Source of the DNA: Mitosporidium daphniae
Lineage: Eukaryota
Direction of reading: 5' to 3'
Assembly (NCBI RefSeq): GCF_000760515.2
Contig: NW_013546512.1
Location: 1-44,452 of the forward strand
Length of the DNA: 44,452 nucleotides
Below, piece by piece: positions 11,607-20,715 of this stretch; position 1 is the first letter of the stretch, and every line of letters starts with the position of its first letter. A program made the position numbers and the translations under genes. A model generated the notes under the pieces. It was given only the letters and a program-made list of their open reading frames with translations. It did not search any database and was not told where the DNA came from.

Positions 11607-12210
11607 TTAATGATCATCGGTGTCGGCTTGACCCGATCCATGTGTCGCTAAAAGGGGCTCTTCAGTTTCGGCCGCTTTAGCACGGTAAATTCTAGCTTTT
11701 AGTCTTTTTGCTTTAACCTGGGCTTCTTTACAGGCAGCATGAGCTTCGTCAGCTTGATTTCTGAGCCAGAATATTTGACACTTCCGACCAACTTTCTCAA
11801 ATTTGTGTCTTAATATAACGTCTTCACCTCTGAGCGCGATTAGTTTATCCTCAAACTTGAGCCGGGCTTCTTCGTATGCGTCATCATAACATTTGGTCCC
11901 GAGTTCTTTTTTTTTGAGATCGATTATTTTACGTGCAATCTTAGCAGCCTGCTCTACCGCCTCGGTTGATTCGACTCCAGAGGGCTTGACCAATTGAGCT
12001 ACGAGCTTGTGGGGCTATCTTGACTTTAACCCAATCAGCTTTATCGCTGAGGCTCCTTGATGTCTCCGTGCACTTTCCTGCTTCTGGGTTAGACAGCTAC
12101 CTCTTCAATATTATTCGTCAGTAAATCCGATCTATTTTCAGCAGCACGAAAAATGGTGACAAATAAAAAAGGCCGTAAAAGTTATGAGAAGTAAACTTTT
12201 TGATGGCCAT
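11607..12210 (-). pseudogene. Decayed or frameshifted lineage-specific secreted, Lys/Glu-rich coiled-coil gene
   Basis: 128-aa charged ORF 11993-11607 lacks a true ATG; upstream ATG 12210 is followed by hydrophobic signal-like codons broken across frames (MAIK/SLLLITFTAF/FVTIFRAAE). Confidence 0.4.
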
Positions 12211-12393
12211 TGAGGCAGGCTGTTTGTTAAAAGAACACTGTTCTGGCACGTTATAGGCCCTTTGCACCCGGAATTTTGCATCGAATCAAAATGCTTGAAA
12301 ATAAGGAAATACACCAACTAGCCATAAAGGCACGATTTATTGCACATCCGACCAATTGGATCAGGGGCGGCTTGTGCATAGAAAATCCTGCAA

Positions 12394-12454
12394 GAAGCCA
12401 ACGATCGAAGCCAACGATCGAAGCCAACGATCAAAGCCAACGATCAAAGCCAAC
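12394..12454 (+). repeat. 13-bp tandem repeat (G/A)AAGCCAACGATC x4.7, intergenic
   Basis: Seen directly; flanked by GGGGCGG (12364-12370) and CCGCCCC GC-box-like motifs. Confidence 0.95.
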
Positions 12455-12500
12455 CGCCCCATGCTGATCCCAGAATGCCCAGTGATATTTTCTGATAACT

Positions 12501-12512
12501 TTAGGGTTAGGG
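12501..12512 (+). promoter_or_regulatory. Interstitial (TTAGGG)2, candidate telo-box
   Basis: Seen directly; intergenic, about 290 nt upstream of the minus-strand gene at 12210. Confidence 0.5.
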
Positions 12513-12546
12513 TCATTTAATAATTCAAGGAGCAGAAGACGTGTGT

Positions 12547-13494
12547 TTATTTGGGAAGCTGCTCAATTAGCGATGGATGCAAGATACGCTCGTAAACGGC
12601 AGCAAATTTTTGGCCATTGTTTCTTTCAACCTTGATGCCCTCCTCTGTTTTTGAAAGAATCACTCGAATCAATGGATCTTCAGTCTAATGGTAACAAACT
12701 GGATACGAATTACATTTGGCAGGGCCTTGAACAAAGAGTGTGAATTTAAATGCATCAACATCCAATCGAAAAGGTCGGGAACATCTGTTGCAATATAAAG
12801 TCGACCCCCTGGACGCAGATAGTATGCATATTCTGACAACAGGGAGTGGGTTATGATCCGGGCTTTGTGTTTTTTCTTTTTGAAATGGGGATCCGGGAAC
12901 AAGAAGAACATTTTCTCCAACTGAGCCTTTTCAAAAAAATGGGGCATGCATTTCATTGCATTTGTTCTGATCACTGAAATGTTTTCAAAGCACGCCGGAT
13001 TCGTTGCACGGAGTACAGCAATACGCTCCGAGACGTAATTTACAAGCTTCAAGCGAATTTCCATGCCCAAGGCCAGGGCATCTGGGAAAAGCGGAGCAAG
13101 CGCGACTATGATAAGCGATATGATTCCTCTGCTTTACATACCTAACAACCCGCCATATCCACAGCCCACATCCACAATAGTTACCTTGAAAAAGAGTGCG
13201 TTGAGAAACTTACTTTAGCTTCATCATGAGTGGCAGACGGAAAATATGGGCTCCAGTCCATTTCAGCAGGAGATACCGGGCTAAAAGGTTACAAAGACCA
13301 TAAAAATACAAGTCAATGTTGTGGTCGGAAAATGGATTGCAATGGGCCCTCTGTCGATAGAACCGCTTTCGCGGCATGTGAGCAGGGGGGGAAATGCCAA
13401 TCGCCTCGCATGATGTCTTATTAGCGCGAGGTTTTGTGGGCATTGTATCGATAGGGCCGGTTGTCTCTGCAGAGACGCCCAGAATATCGGCCAT
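12547..13494 (-). CDS. TRM8: tRNA (guanine-N7)-methyltransferase catalytic subunit, 5 exons
   Basis: MPRKRFYRQRAHCNPFSDH, VDVGCGYGGLL, GMEIRLK, RTNAMK, FFLFPDPHFKKKKHKARII, TEEGIKVERNNGQKFAAVYER. Confidence 0.97.
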
Positions 13495-13536
13495 AAATAG
13501 GAAATTAATAAAAATTTAAAAAGGAAATTTTAATTA

Positions 13537-14557
13537 ATGCTCGCCATTGAGCAAGAGTTGGCCACTCTTTTTGCGTCGAAATCTTATGTTGCTACGACGG
13601 AGCTAAAAAGTGAGGCTCCCAAGTCAAAAAATCAAATAAGGCGGGAAGCAAGATCCGCTCTTCGCAAGTCGTTGCGTAGCGCATATTGCGAAGCAAAACG
13701 TGAGAAACAGCGTCAAAAACGGGCAAAATCTGCTCGTCCACACACGATAGATACCCAAGATTCACCCTCGGAAATAGATAAGGGCGACACATGTGGCGCT
13801 GTTGTGCTATCGAATTGTGAAAGTCCGATGGAAATAAAGCCTGCAAGCTTCGCAACACAGCCTCCAAATTCATTGGAGACCTTGAACAGCGAGCAAACCA
13901 AGGAAAATGGCGGATGGGTTCTCTTTGACACAGCATTTGATGAACTTATGCTTCCAAAAGAGCGATCGTCATTGGCGGCACAGCTAGCCAGATGTCATGG
14001 CATGAACAAAAGATCCCCGAGTGGCTTCTGCAAGATGCTGATTGGACCGATTTCTCCGGATTTCTCCTTGCTTTTGGAAAAATATTGCGCCATCTTGTGG
14101 AAAAATGTGACTCTTTTTGCAGAACTTCCGAAAAAGTCAGCTTTGCCTTCGCTAAAGGGCGAGGACAGTTTATTTCACTCTGAAGAGCAGGCAGCGCCTG
14201 CACCAGGTAAGGGGGCGACAAATCTCAAGATTCTGTACCTGAGTGCGGATGCAGAACATGTGCTGACGGAGTCTGAAATGAACGACCCGGAACTTTGCAT
14301 TGTAATTGGGGCGCTGGTAGATCGCAACAGACACAAAGGAGCAGGAATGCGGCGCGCCCAAGAGCTGGGAATCCCTGCTGCTAGGCTCCCGATTCAGGAG
14401 TCCGGGGTATCGCTGAACTCTTCCACCGTTTTAACAGTTAACCAAGGTTCGACGTTATGCATTTATCCTAGTTTTTGAAATTCTACTGGCATTTTGGGAA
14501 AACCGGCAATGGGGACATGCAATTAAAACGGCCATTCCCACAAGGAAGCTCAAATAA
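13537..14557 (+). CDS. TRM10: tRNA m1G9 methyltransferase (SPOUT), 2 exons
   Basis: FDELMLPKERSSLAAQLARCHGMNKRS, YLSADAE, IGALVDRNRHKG, ARLPI, VLTVNQ|VFEILL...W..AI..AIPTRK*. Confidence 0.93.
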
Positions 14558-14588
14558 AAAATTAATTTATTAAGTGGCCCGCTCCTGG

Positions 14589-16163
14589 TCATCGCTCGAC
14601 AAGCATTCTATTCAGGGCAGATGGTCCATAATGCGCAGCTATAGGCTCGGGACCGACTAGCCGCTCAAGCGCCAATGCATCCTCGGGCATGTTGACATAC
14701 ATGGACACGGTTGGCACTTGGCAATTTGTGCCGCCATTGTCAATCGGCATGCAGTAGTGAACCAGATGGTCATAAAGAGAAGGGTCAGTCGGGGGGCCAA
14801 AGAAGATCAACTGCTCGATTCCACGAAAAAGAAGTCGCTTGAAATACAGCAGCCTTTCGGAGAGCAGAAGAACACGCGTGTGACGATTGAAGAACGAAGA
14901 TCTGGCGCCTATAATCTCGCCGTCTGACGAGTAATCCGAAACGGCCTTGAACGCAATATCACCTCTCTCCTGGAGCTTCGCTTTTATTTGTACATAGTCC
15001 AAATACGAGGGTACATAAATACAAATGCGCTGGGGATGGGGATTTCCCTTCATCTTGGCAATGGCAGATAGAACTTCGCTATCAAAATAAGATATCGTGT
15101 TGACGGAATCTTCCGAGCGTTTCAAAAAAAAGTTAATTGCCAGCTTGCAGCCAGCGGTCCATTTTGGCGGCATAGATGTGTTGATAGAGGGAGAGGCTGT
15201 GATTGTCGAGCCGATTTTTTCTTTTGGTAGGGCTCTCCAGAAGGAATTGATTTCCGGAGTCGCATATTTGGTGCTTATCAAAGTTTGCAGAGCCTCCTTT
15301 CCCTTTCCATCCAAAAGCAGTGGGTGGATGCGTGAAAAGTCGCACGCATAGCTCTTTGTCGGGATAAGATTGATATGTTCATGGACGTGCAGCAAATGGT
15401 CCCAATTTTGCATGTTGATGACATCTGCCTCCAAGATGATCAACAGACGAAGCGAGGAAAGAAAATCGTGATCATGCTTCATTGAGGTATCACCTTTTGA
15501 GCCGATAAGGATACGTAGGGAAAGAGGCGACGCAATAATTAAATCCGAGCCATAGAACTTTTCGTATAGAGAAATCGATCGAGACCCAATGCGGATGCCC
15601 AAACGAAAATGATCGTCAACATTTCCTTTGAAAGGTGATTCTGGAAGCTTCCTTTTGATGGGGGCCGTTGACTCGCTGATGAGGTCGCTGTCTGATTCGC
15701 TGACGGAGGCAGTCATATCGCTGTCAGAATGGACAGTCTCACCATCTGGGGGTTTTTTGTAAGAACCCAAAGAAGCACGTTTTTCGCAACTAGTGCTGTC
15801 GTCTTCTGTTAACAAGTCTTGTTCTTGTCTCTGCTCCTGCTCACCAGGACCAAATTCAGCTAGGAAACGTTTACGCGACTGGATAGTCTTAATAGATGAG
15901 GTCTCAATTAAAGAGTTGACCAGTTCAAAGGCCGAGTTTCGAAATGGAGCCAACACAAGAACAACTGGCCGCGTGAATCCTTGATCGCGAAACTCAACGT
16001 CGTCATCTTTATCGGAGGAACTCGACAAAATCTGGTTGTTTTTCTTGATGGTAGCTTTGTAGTTGCTAATGAAAGAGTAAATATATTTTGCAAGATTTTC
16101 TGTATCCCCCTGCTGTGGAAAATGATAAATTTGCTTTCCAGACTGGAGAGATTCCAAAAGCAT
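14589..16163 (-). CDS. UTP25: SSU processome component Utp25/DEF
   Basis: FRDQGFTRPVVLVLAPFRNSA, FKGNVDDHFRLGI, FYGSDLIIASPLSLR, DFLSS, MQNWDHL, IYVPSYLDYV motifs; single exon. Confidence 0.93.
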   Translation of the reverse strand: MLLESLQSGKQIYHFPQQGDTENLAKYIYSFISNYKATIKKNNQILSSSSDKDDDVEFRDQGFTRPVVLVLAPFRNSAFELVNSLIETSSIKTIQSRKRFLAEFGPGEQEQRQEQDLLTEDDSTSCEKRASLGSYKKPPDGETVHSDSDMTASVSESDSDLISESTAPIKRKLPESPFKGNVDDHFRLGIRIGSRSISLYEKFYGSDLIIASPLSLRILIGSKGDTSMKHDHDFLSSLRLLIILEADVINMQNWDHLLHVHEHINLIPTKSYACDFSRIHPLLLDGKGKEALQTLISTKYATPEINSFWRALPKEKIGSTITASPSINTSMPPKWTAGCKLAINFFLKRSEDSVNTISYFDSEVLSAIAKMKGNPHPQRICIYVPSYLDYVQIKAKLQERGDIAFKAVSDYSSDGEIIGARSSFFNRHTRVLLLSERLLYFKRLLFRGIEQLIFFGPPTDPSLYDHLVHYCMPIDNGGTNCQVPTVSMYVNMPEDALALERLVGPEPIAAHYGPSALNRMLVER

Positions 16164-16821
16164 TTAAAAAAAAATTAAAACCCCCGTTTTTAAGTGGCAC
16201 GACACAGCACGGCAGGGCATCAATAAAGCCAGCCCATTTTACCATTGACAAGAAAAGCACAGTCTTTACGCCCACGCCAATTCATTCCAGCTGCTATGTC
16301 AGTGACGTAAGACAACTGTTGATGTTTTCTGCTCGTTCAAGATGTTACTGGGAGCTTGTCTTTAGCAACTTTACCATTGGTTCGTGACGAAACTACAGCG
16401 TAGCCGGTCTCCACTTCCGATCGCTTTGAGAATTATTTTTCGTTTCAATTGATCAAAGAAATAATTAGCTTGCAAGCTTTCAGGTTTGAACTGATCTTTT
16501 CGCTTCCTTTGAGCATCCCCGTGTATCCGCCGTCGATTCTCGATTTTCGGTTCAGTTGCAAAATGCCATGGAGTTCGTTTCTTTCTTGCTACAAATATCA
16601 ATACAACCGTGTGCGACTTTTCTGGGGAATATTTGAGCAAAATTAAGGCTTTATTGAACGAGACAGATCGAGCCAACGACCTTGGGAAAATACCATCCAG
16701 GATGCAAGGGCTTGCCATCATTATCGGGGAGCAGAAATTAGCAGTAGTTTAAAGGCTTATATGCCATATACAATATACTCTGCTCGTAACTCGCGCGTTC
16801 CAACAACGAAACTGTGGCAAA

Positions 16822-16845
16822 AGGGTTAGGGTTAGGGTTAGGGTT
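16822..16845 (+). repeat. Interstitial telomere-type repeat (AGGGTT)4
   Basis: Seen directly: agggttagggttagggttagggtt. Confidence 0.9.
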
Positions 16846-17035
16846 GCACATCAGTATAGCCCCCCTCCCGCAATCAATATCTTGAATATTTAATTTGCGG
16901 TTGACTTGGGAGCACACGGAGACAGACCCAAGGTATTTGGGGAAGTTGAACATCAATAAAGTCAGTAGGCCAGGGACAGCAAAAACCAGCATGTTATACG
17001 TACCCCAGTCCTAGTACATCTTTTTTTAATTTAAT

Positions 17036-17767
17036 TTAACTTTTAGGTGTTCTATGCTAAAACTCAATTGAATCAAATATACAAGCAATTCTTGGGCATA
17101 TGAATCGATCTGTTTCCCGTTTGATAAGTAAAGGCAAGCCTTTATACTCTTTTCAGATGTTTTGAATTAAAACAGTGAGAAGATATTAAAAAGAATGAAT
17201 CCATCGGCCAAAAAGTGCCGCATATTATCACTTTTAATGGAAGGGTTTGCCTAAAAGAGCTTTGTGAAAGGCATTATTGGATGATTGAAGGCCTCTTTTG
17301 CGTACGTATAGTCATCTTTAATGGTCATACCTGAACTTTCTGCATTTATGGCCTTTTTTTTGTTCATTGGAGTCTGGCACAACTTTGCAACTTTGAAGCT
17401 AATGTCTCTTCCAATTTTGCTTTATCAGATACGCAATCTTTATGCTCAGAATCCATGTTTTTTACGGAAGGAGCTAGTAGAAAAAATTTGAAAAATATCG
17501 CATGGAAGGTATTCAAGCGCTTAACTGTATTAATTTTGTTGTAACCTTTCTATTTTTGCTTGGAATTGAAATTGAAATCGCACATGGATAAAATGTCCAA
17601 ACAACTGCACCCGATAAGCGGTAATGGTACCAGCAGCCATTAGCATGCAAAGCAAATCACAAAATAATCCTTTGCAAGCGGAATCTATACGAAGAATTAC
17701 TTCAAATTTGTTATGCACGACGAAATGAAATCGCACATTGAGGTGTGCCCTCCTTGCTTTGAGACAT
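17036..17767 (-). pseudogene. Possible decayed lineage-specific membrane-anchored gene
   Basis: Protein-like fragments in shifting frames (GLFCDLLCMLMAAGTITAY; MDSEHKDCVSDKAKLEETLASK; KDDYTYAKEAFNHP*...) interrupted by stops; divergent from the 17953 gene. Confidence 0.3.
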
Positions 17768-17804
17768 GCGTGTCATATGCTTTTTGACTGATACATTTGC
17801 TTCA

Positions 17805-17818
17805 AACCCTAACCCTAA
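17805..17818 (+). promoter_or_regulatory. AACCCTAACCCTAA telo-box with adjacent CCAAT boxes (17821, 17856)
   Basis: Seen directly about 135 nt upstream of ATG 17953. Confidence 0.5.
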
Positions 17819-17952
17819 ATCCAATGGTATGAATTCATCAAAAAAGCCATGTGAACCAATCAGATTTGAATGCGATTTGTGTTCATTAAAACGGGTCGCT
17901 TGCACCAACCAGACCCGAATTTTATTCCAGTTGATTAAACGAAATTCGGTCG

Positions 17953-18795
17953 ATGATGCAAACATCTTCTTCACTCGTCAAATACGGATGTATGGCGGTG
18001 TTATCCGTTTGTATTGCGGCTATGATTGTTTATTTTGGCATGTTAAGAGGCACATCCGTGTCGACGGCGCCAGCAATCCGCAAAGACACATCTCTAGAGC
18101 CGTCGTTGGTATCTTCACAGCCCCGTTTTGAAACTTTAAATTCCTCTTTCATAGCCTTAAACTCCTCTTTCATAGCCTTAAACTCCTCTTTCATAGCCTT
18201 AAACTCCTCTTTCATAGCCTTAAATTCTTCGACAGCTTTAAACTCCTATTTGGCACCTTTCAATTCGTCTTTGGAAGATTCACAAGCCGATTTGATATCT
18301 TCACAAACCCCATTTCCATATGTAGAATCCCTTTTTGTACCTTCAAATTCCTCTTTTAAATCTCCAGATAGTGCGCCTGCACGCTCTTACAATACGTCCA
18401 TGGCCAGTATTTCCACACATTGGAAAGTAATCGACTTTCTGGGCGTCAATCGCAAGATATGCCTGAATAAAATTATGATAGCTTGCGCCTCTTCTGGAAC
18501 CAGTGTTCTACTGGTTATCAGTTACCAAATGTTCCAAAAATGGCTCCACGAGCCTCGTCCAAAAAAACACAAACCTCCCCCAATTGAGTATGAAAGAGGT
18601 TTGATTCTATTTACAATTTCGTTCTTTTATTCGTATTTTGAGCTTCTTATGAAGAAGCCCTCTGAGCTGAAACACTTTAATAACATTTTTCAAGAATCTT
18701 TTTCTACTGTCTTGCTTCGGTCTTTGTTTAACTTAATGTTATTCGCTGCCCTCTACAGCATTCTCCATAATTTAGCATCGACTTTTTATATATAA
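17953..18795 (+). CDS. Lineage-specific multi-pass membrane protein with Ser-rich ectodomain
   Basis: Intronless 280-aa ORF; N-terminal TM (MAVLSVCIAAMIVYFGML), Ser-rich loop with (LNSSFIA)4, three more hydrophobic segments. Confidence 0.75.
   Translation: MMQTSSSLVKYGCMAVLSVCIAAMIVYFGMLRGTSVSTAPAIRKDTSLEPSLVSSQPRFETLNSSFIALNSSFIALNSSFIALNSSFIALNSSTALNSYLAPFNSSLEDSQADLISSQTPFPYVESLFVPSNSSFKSPDSAPARSYNTSMASISTHWKVIDFLGVNRKICLNKIMIACASSGTSVLLVISYQMFQKWLHEPRPKKHKPPPIEYERGLILFTISFFYSYFELLMKKPSELKHFNNIFQESFSTVLLRSLFNLMLFAALYSILHNLASTFYI
18136..18219 (+). repeat. 21-bp coding minisatellite x4 (TTAAAYTCCTCTTTCATAGCC), degenerate copies to about 18270
   Basis: Seen directly; encodes LNSSFIA. Confidence 0.95.
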
Positions 18796-19186
18796 CTTGA
18801 GCACACTTAAAAGCGCACGGAATCGCTTATTGATCGATTCAAGCGCTATAAAAGCAATAAAATGCCTTCAATCTTTTTGGTAAGCAGTCCGTTTTTTAAT
18901 TGCCAAAAGACACGGTTGTACATCATGATGTACGGTTTATGAATTGGCGATAATTTACAAACTCTCTTGACCAATGGATGGCTTCATTGGTCGTTGTTGA
19001 GATTGACGTGCATGTTGCAACCCCAATCTCTAAAATCGTTTAGATCGAAATTGGAGGCCGAAGTTGCGTCAGAGTCTGCCGAGCTCTGTGCGAATCAATA
19101 TTTCTCGGCGGCCGATATACGTCGGTATGCCGCTGAGCGGCATTTATTGTGTCGATTTAATAAAAAAGCTGCAAGGGCCCATTTTA

Positions 19187-20619
19187 ATGTTTAAAATTGC
19201 ATACGGCTCTAGCCTGGTACACGATGGAGAACTACTGATGTTCAAAGACGACCTAAACTATATGCTTTCAGATATCGAATCCCTGCCCGAAAGCTATGCT
19301 AAGGCTCTAGGGTAACTCTTGGTGCAGTAACCGATAGCGTGCTCGAACTGTGTATCAAGCTGAAAACGCCAAAATTCTTCATGCTCTTCAAATCGCTGGA
19401 TTACCAGGACGTTTTTTTATCCAAGATCTTGGGCGACGGTCTGCAAGAAGAAAATAAAGGCTCTTCCGCAAAGTTGGATTTTATGGCAGCAATTTTGCTG
19501 TTCAGCTTGATGTACAGTGAAGTGCACTACAGACGCTTTTATTTCCAAAGCGAGCGGATGCCATCATGCAGCATCATCTTTATGCCGTCCTCAAATTATG
19601 CGCTCAGCAAGTTTATCCTTCGAAATCTGTCAAGGTCGGACGTTTCCATTGTAGGGTTGGATTTTTTATCCCGCTGCTTTGAAAATGAACGCATCCCACC
19701 GGCAAAGGCCGATGCCATGAAGTCGAGATTTGTGCAATTAATGTCAGATGTGGATGTTTGTGCCAAAGTGTCCACATTGGGGTATCTTTGCTTCGTCTAT
19801 TTGCATTTGTTTTCCGTGCAACTGGGCAAACTTGCCAATGTTGACCAGCACGTTGAGCTATTTAAAAACGCGGATCTTTTCAGCCTGGTGTGTGATGCCC
19901 GCGAGTTTCCGTTGCCATACAAGCTGGACATCATTGATGCCTTTTGGCCGCTGCTGCCACACTGCGAAGGCAAGCTATTGCCGTATTTATACGGGCGTTC
20001 CAGAGCAGAAAATGTTTCCTGCTCCAAACTATTCAAGTCCCTGATGAATATGATTCCCAACAAGGCAACCCTTCTATTGGCGCTATCGCTGGATGGCTTT
20101 AATGAATGGATTTGCGGCCTGTTAGTTGATGTCCCCGATTTGAGGGACACACATGCGGCAACGAGCGATGCCGAAAGCAACGAGTACATTGTGTTCTACA
20201 TCGGCTTTCTTAGCAACTTTTTTGAAAAGGCCAACATGCTCATTATTGGCGAAGAGCAATGTACACGGCTGACAGCGATCGTTCCGGCCACCGCAGGCCA
20301 GCAAATATTGGCGTGGTTTTCGAAAATCACAGCCATGATGCGAAGGGGGTCGACCCTTGATGCAACGTTTGCAGAGGCTCTGATGTTCCCCTTTTTAACC
20401 AGCCTTTGCGGACACGTAGCTCTTCACTTGAAACTGTGTAACTTATACGACTCCATGTGTGTTGCTGACTTGAAAACGTCGGTGTTATCTGCGCTACAGG
20501 CCATCATCAACGCACAAGCAACGGACGCCTGTGATACGACGGCGCGCAGCGGAGAGCCCAATTTTCTTGAAAAAGAATGCAAAGCTCTTTTCAACCTGCT
20601 CTCATTGCATCTAAATTAG
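19187..20619 (+). CDS. WAPL: Wapl-like cohesin release factor (compact), 2 exons
   Basis: SLVHDGELLMFKDDLNYMLSDI...ALGVLELCIKLKTPKFFMLFKS resembles the WAPL domain start (human [21 protein letters not shown]...[21 protein letters not shown]); intron 19312-19337; remainder helical. Confidence 0.6.
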
Positions 20620-20715
20620 ACTTAAATTGATTAAATTTTGATCTGCTTGGCAAACACCGATGTTTACGTGCACGACGGCCAATGATTATTTTGCCACCTC
20701 CATCAACACTTCTCG

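Noticed and set aside
17805..17818. CTAACCCTAA as a telomerase RNA template
   Set aside because: Motif recurs at four sites with variable copy number and no pseudoknot or other TR feature was evident.
18136..18219. 21-bp and 13-bp (12394) repeats as CRISPR arrays
   Set aside because: Head-to-tail with no spacers, eukaryotic context, no cas genes.
18918..18933. 16-bp perfect palindrome GTACATCATGATGTAC
   Set aside because: Single occurrence with no supporting context; compatible with chance.
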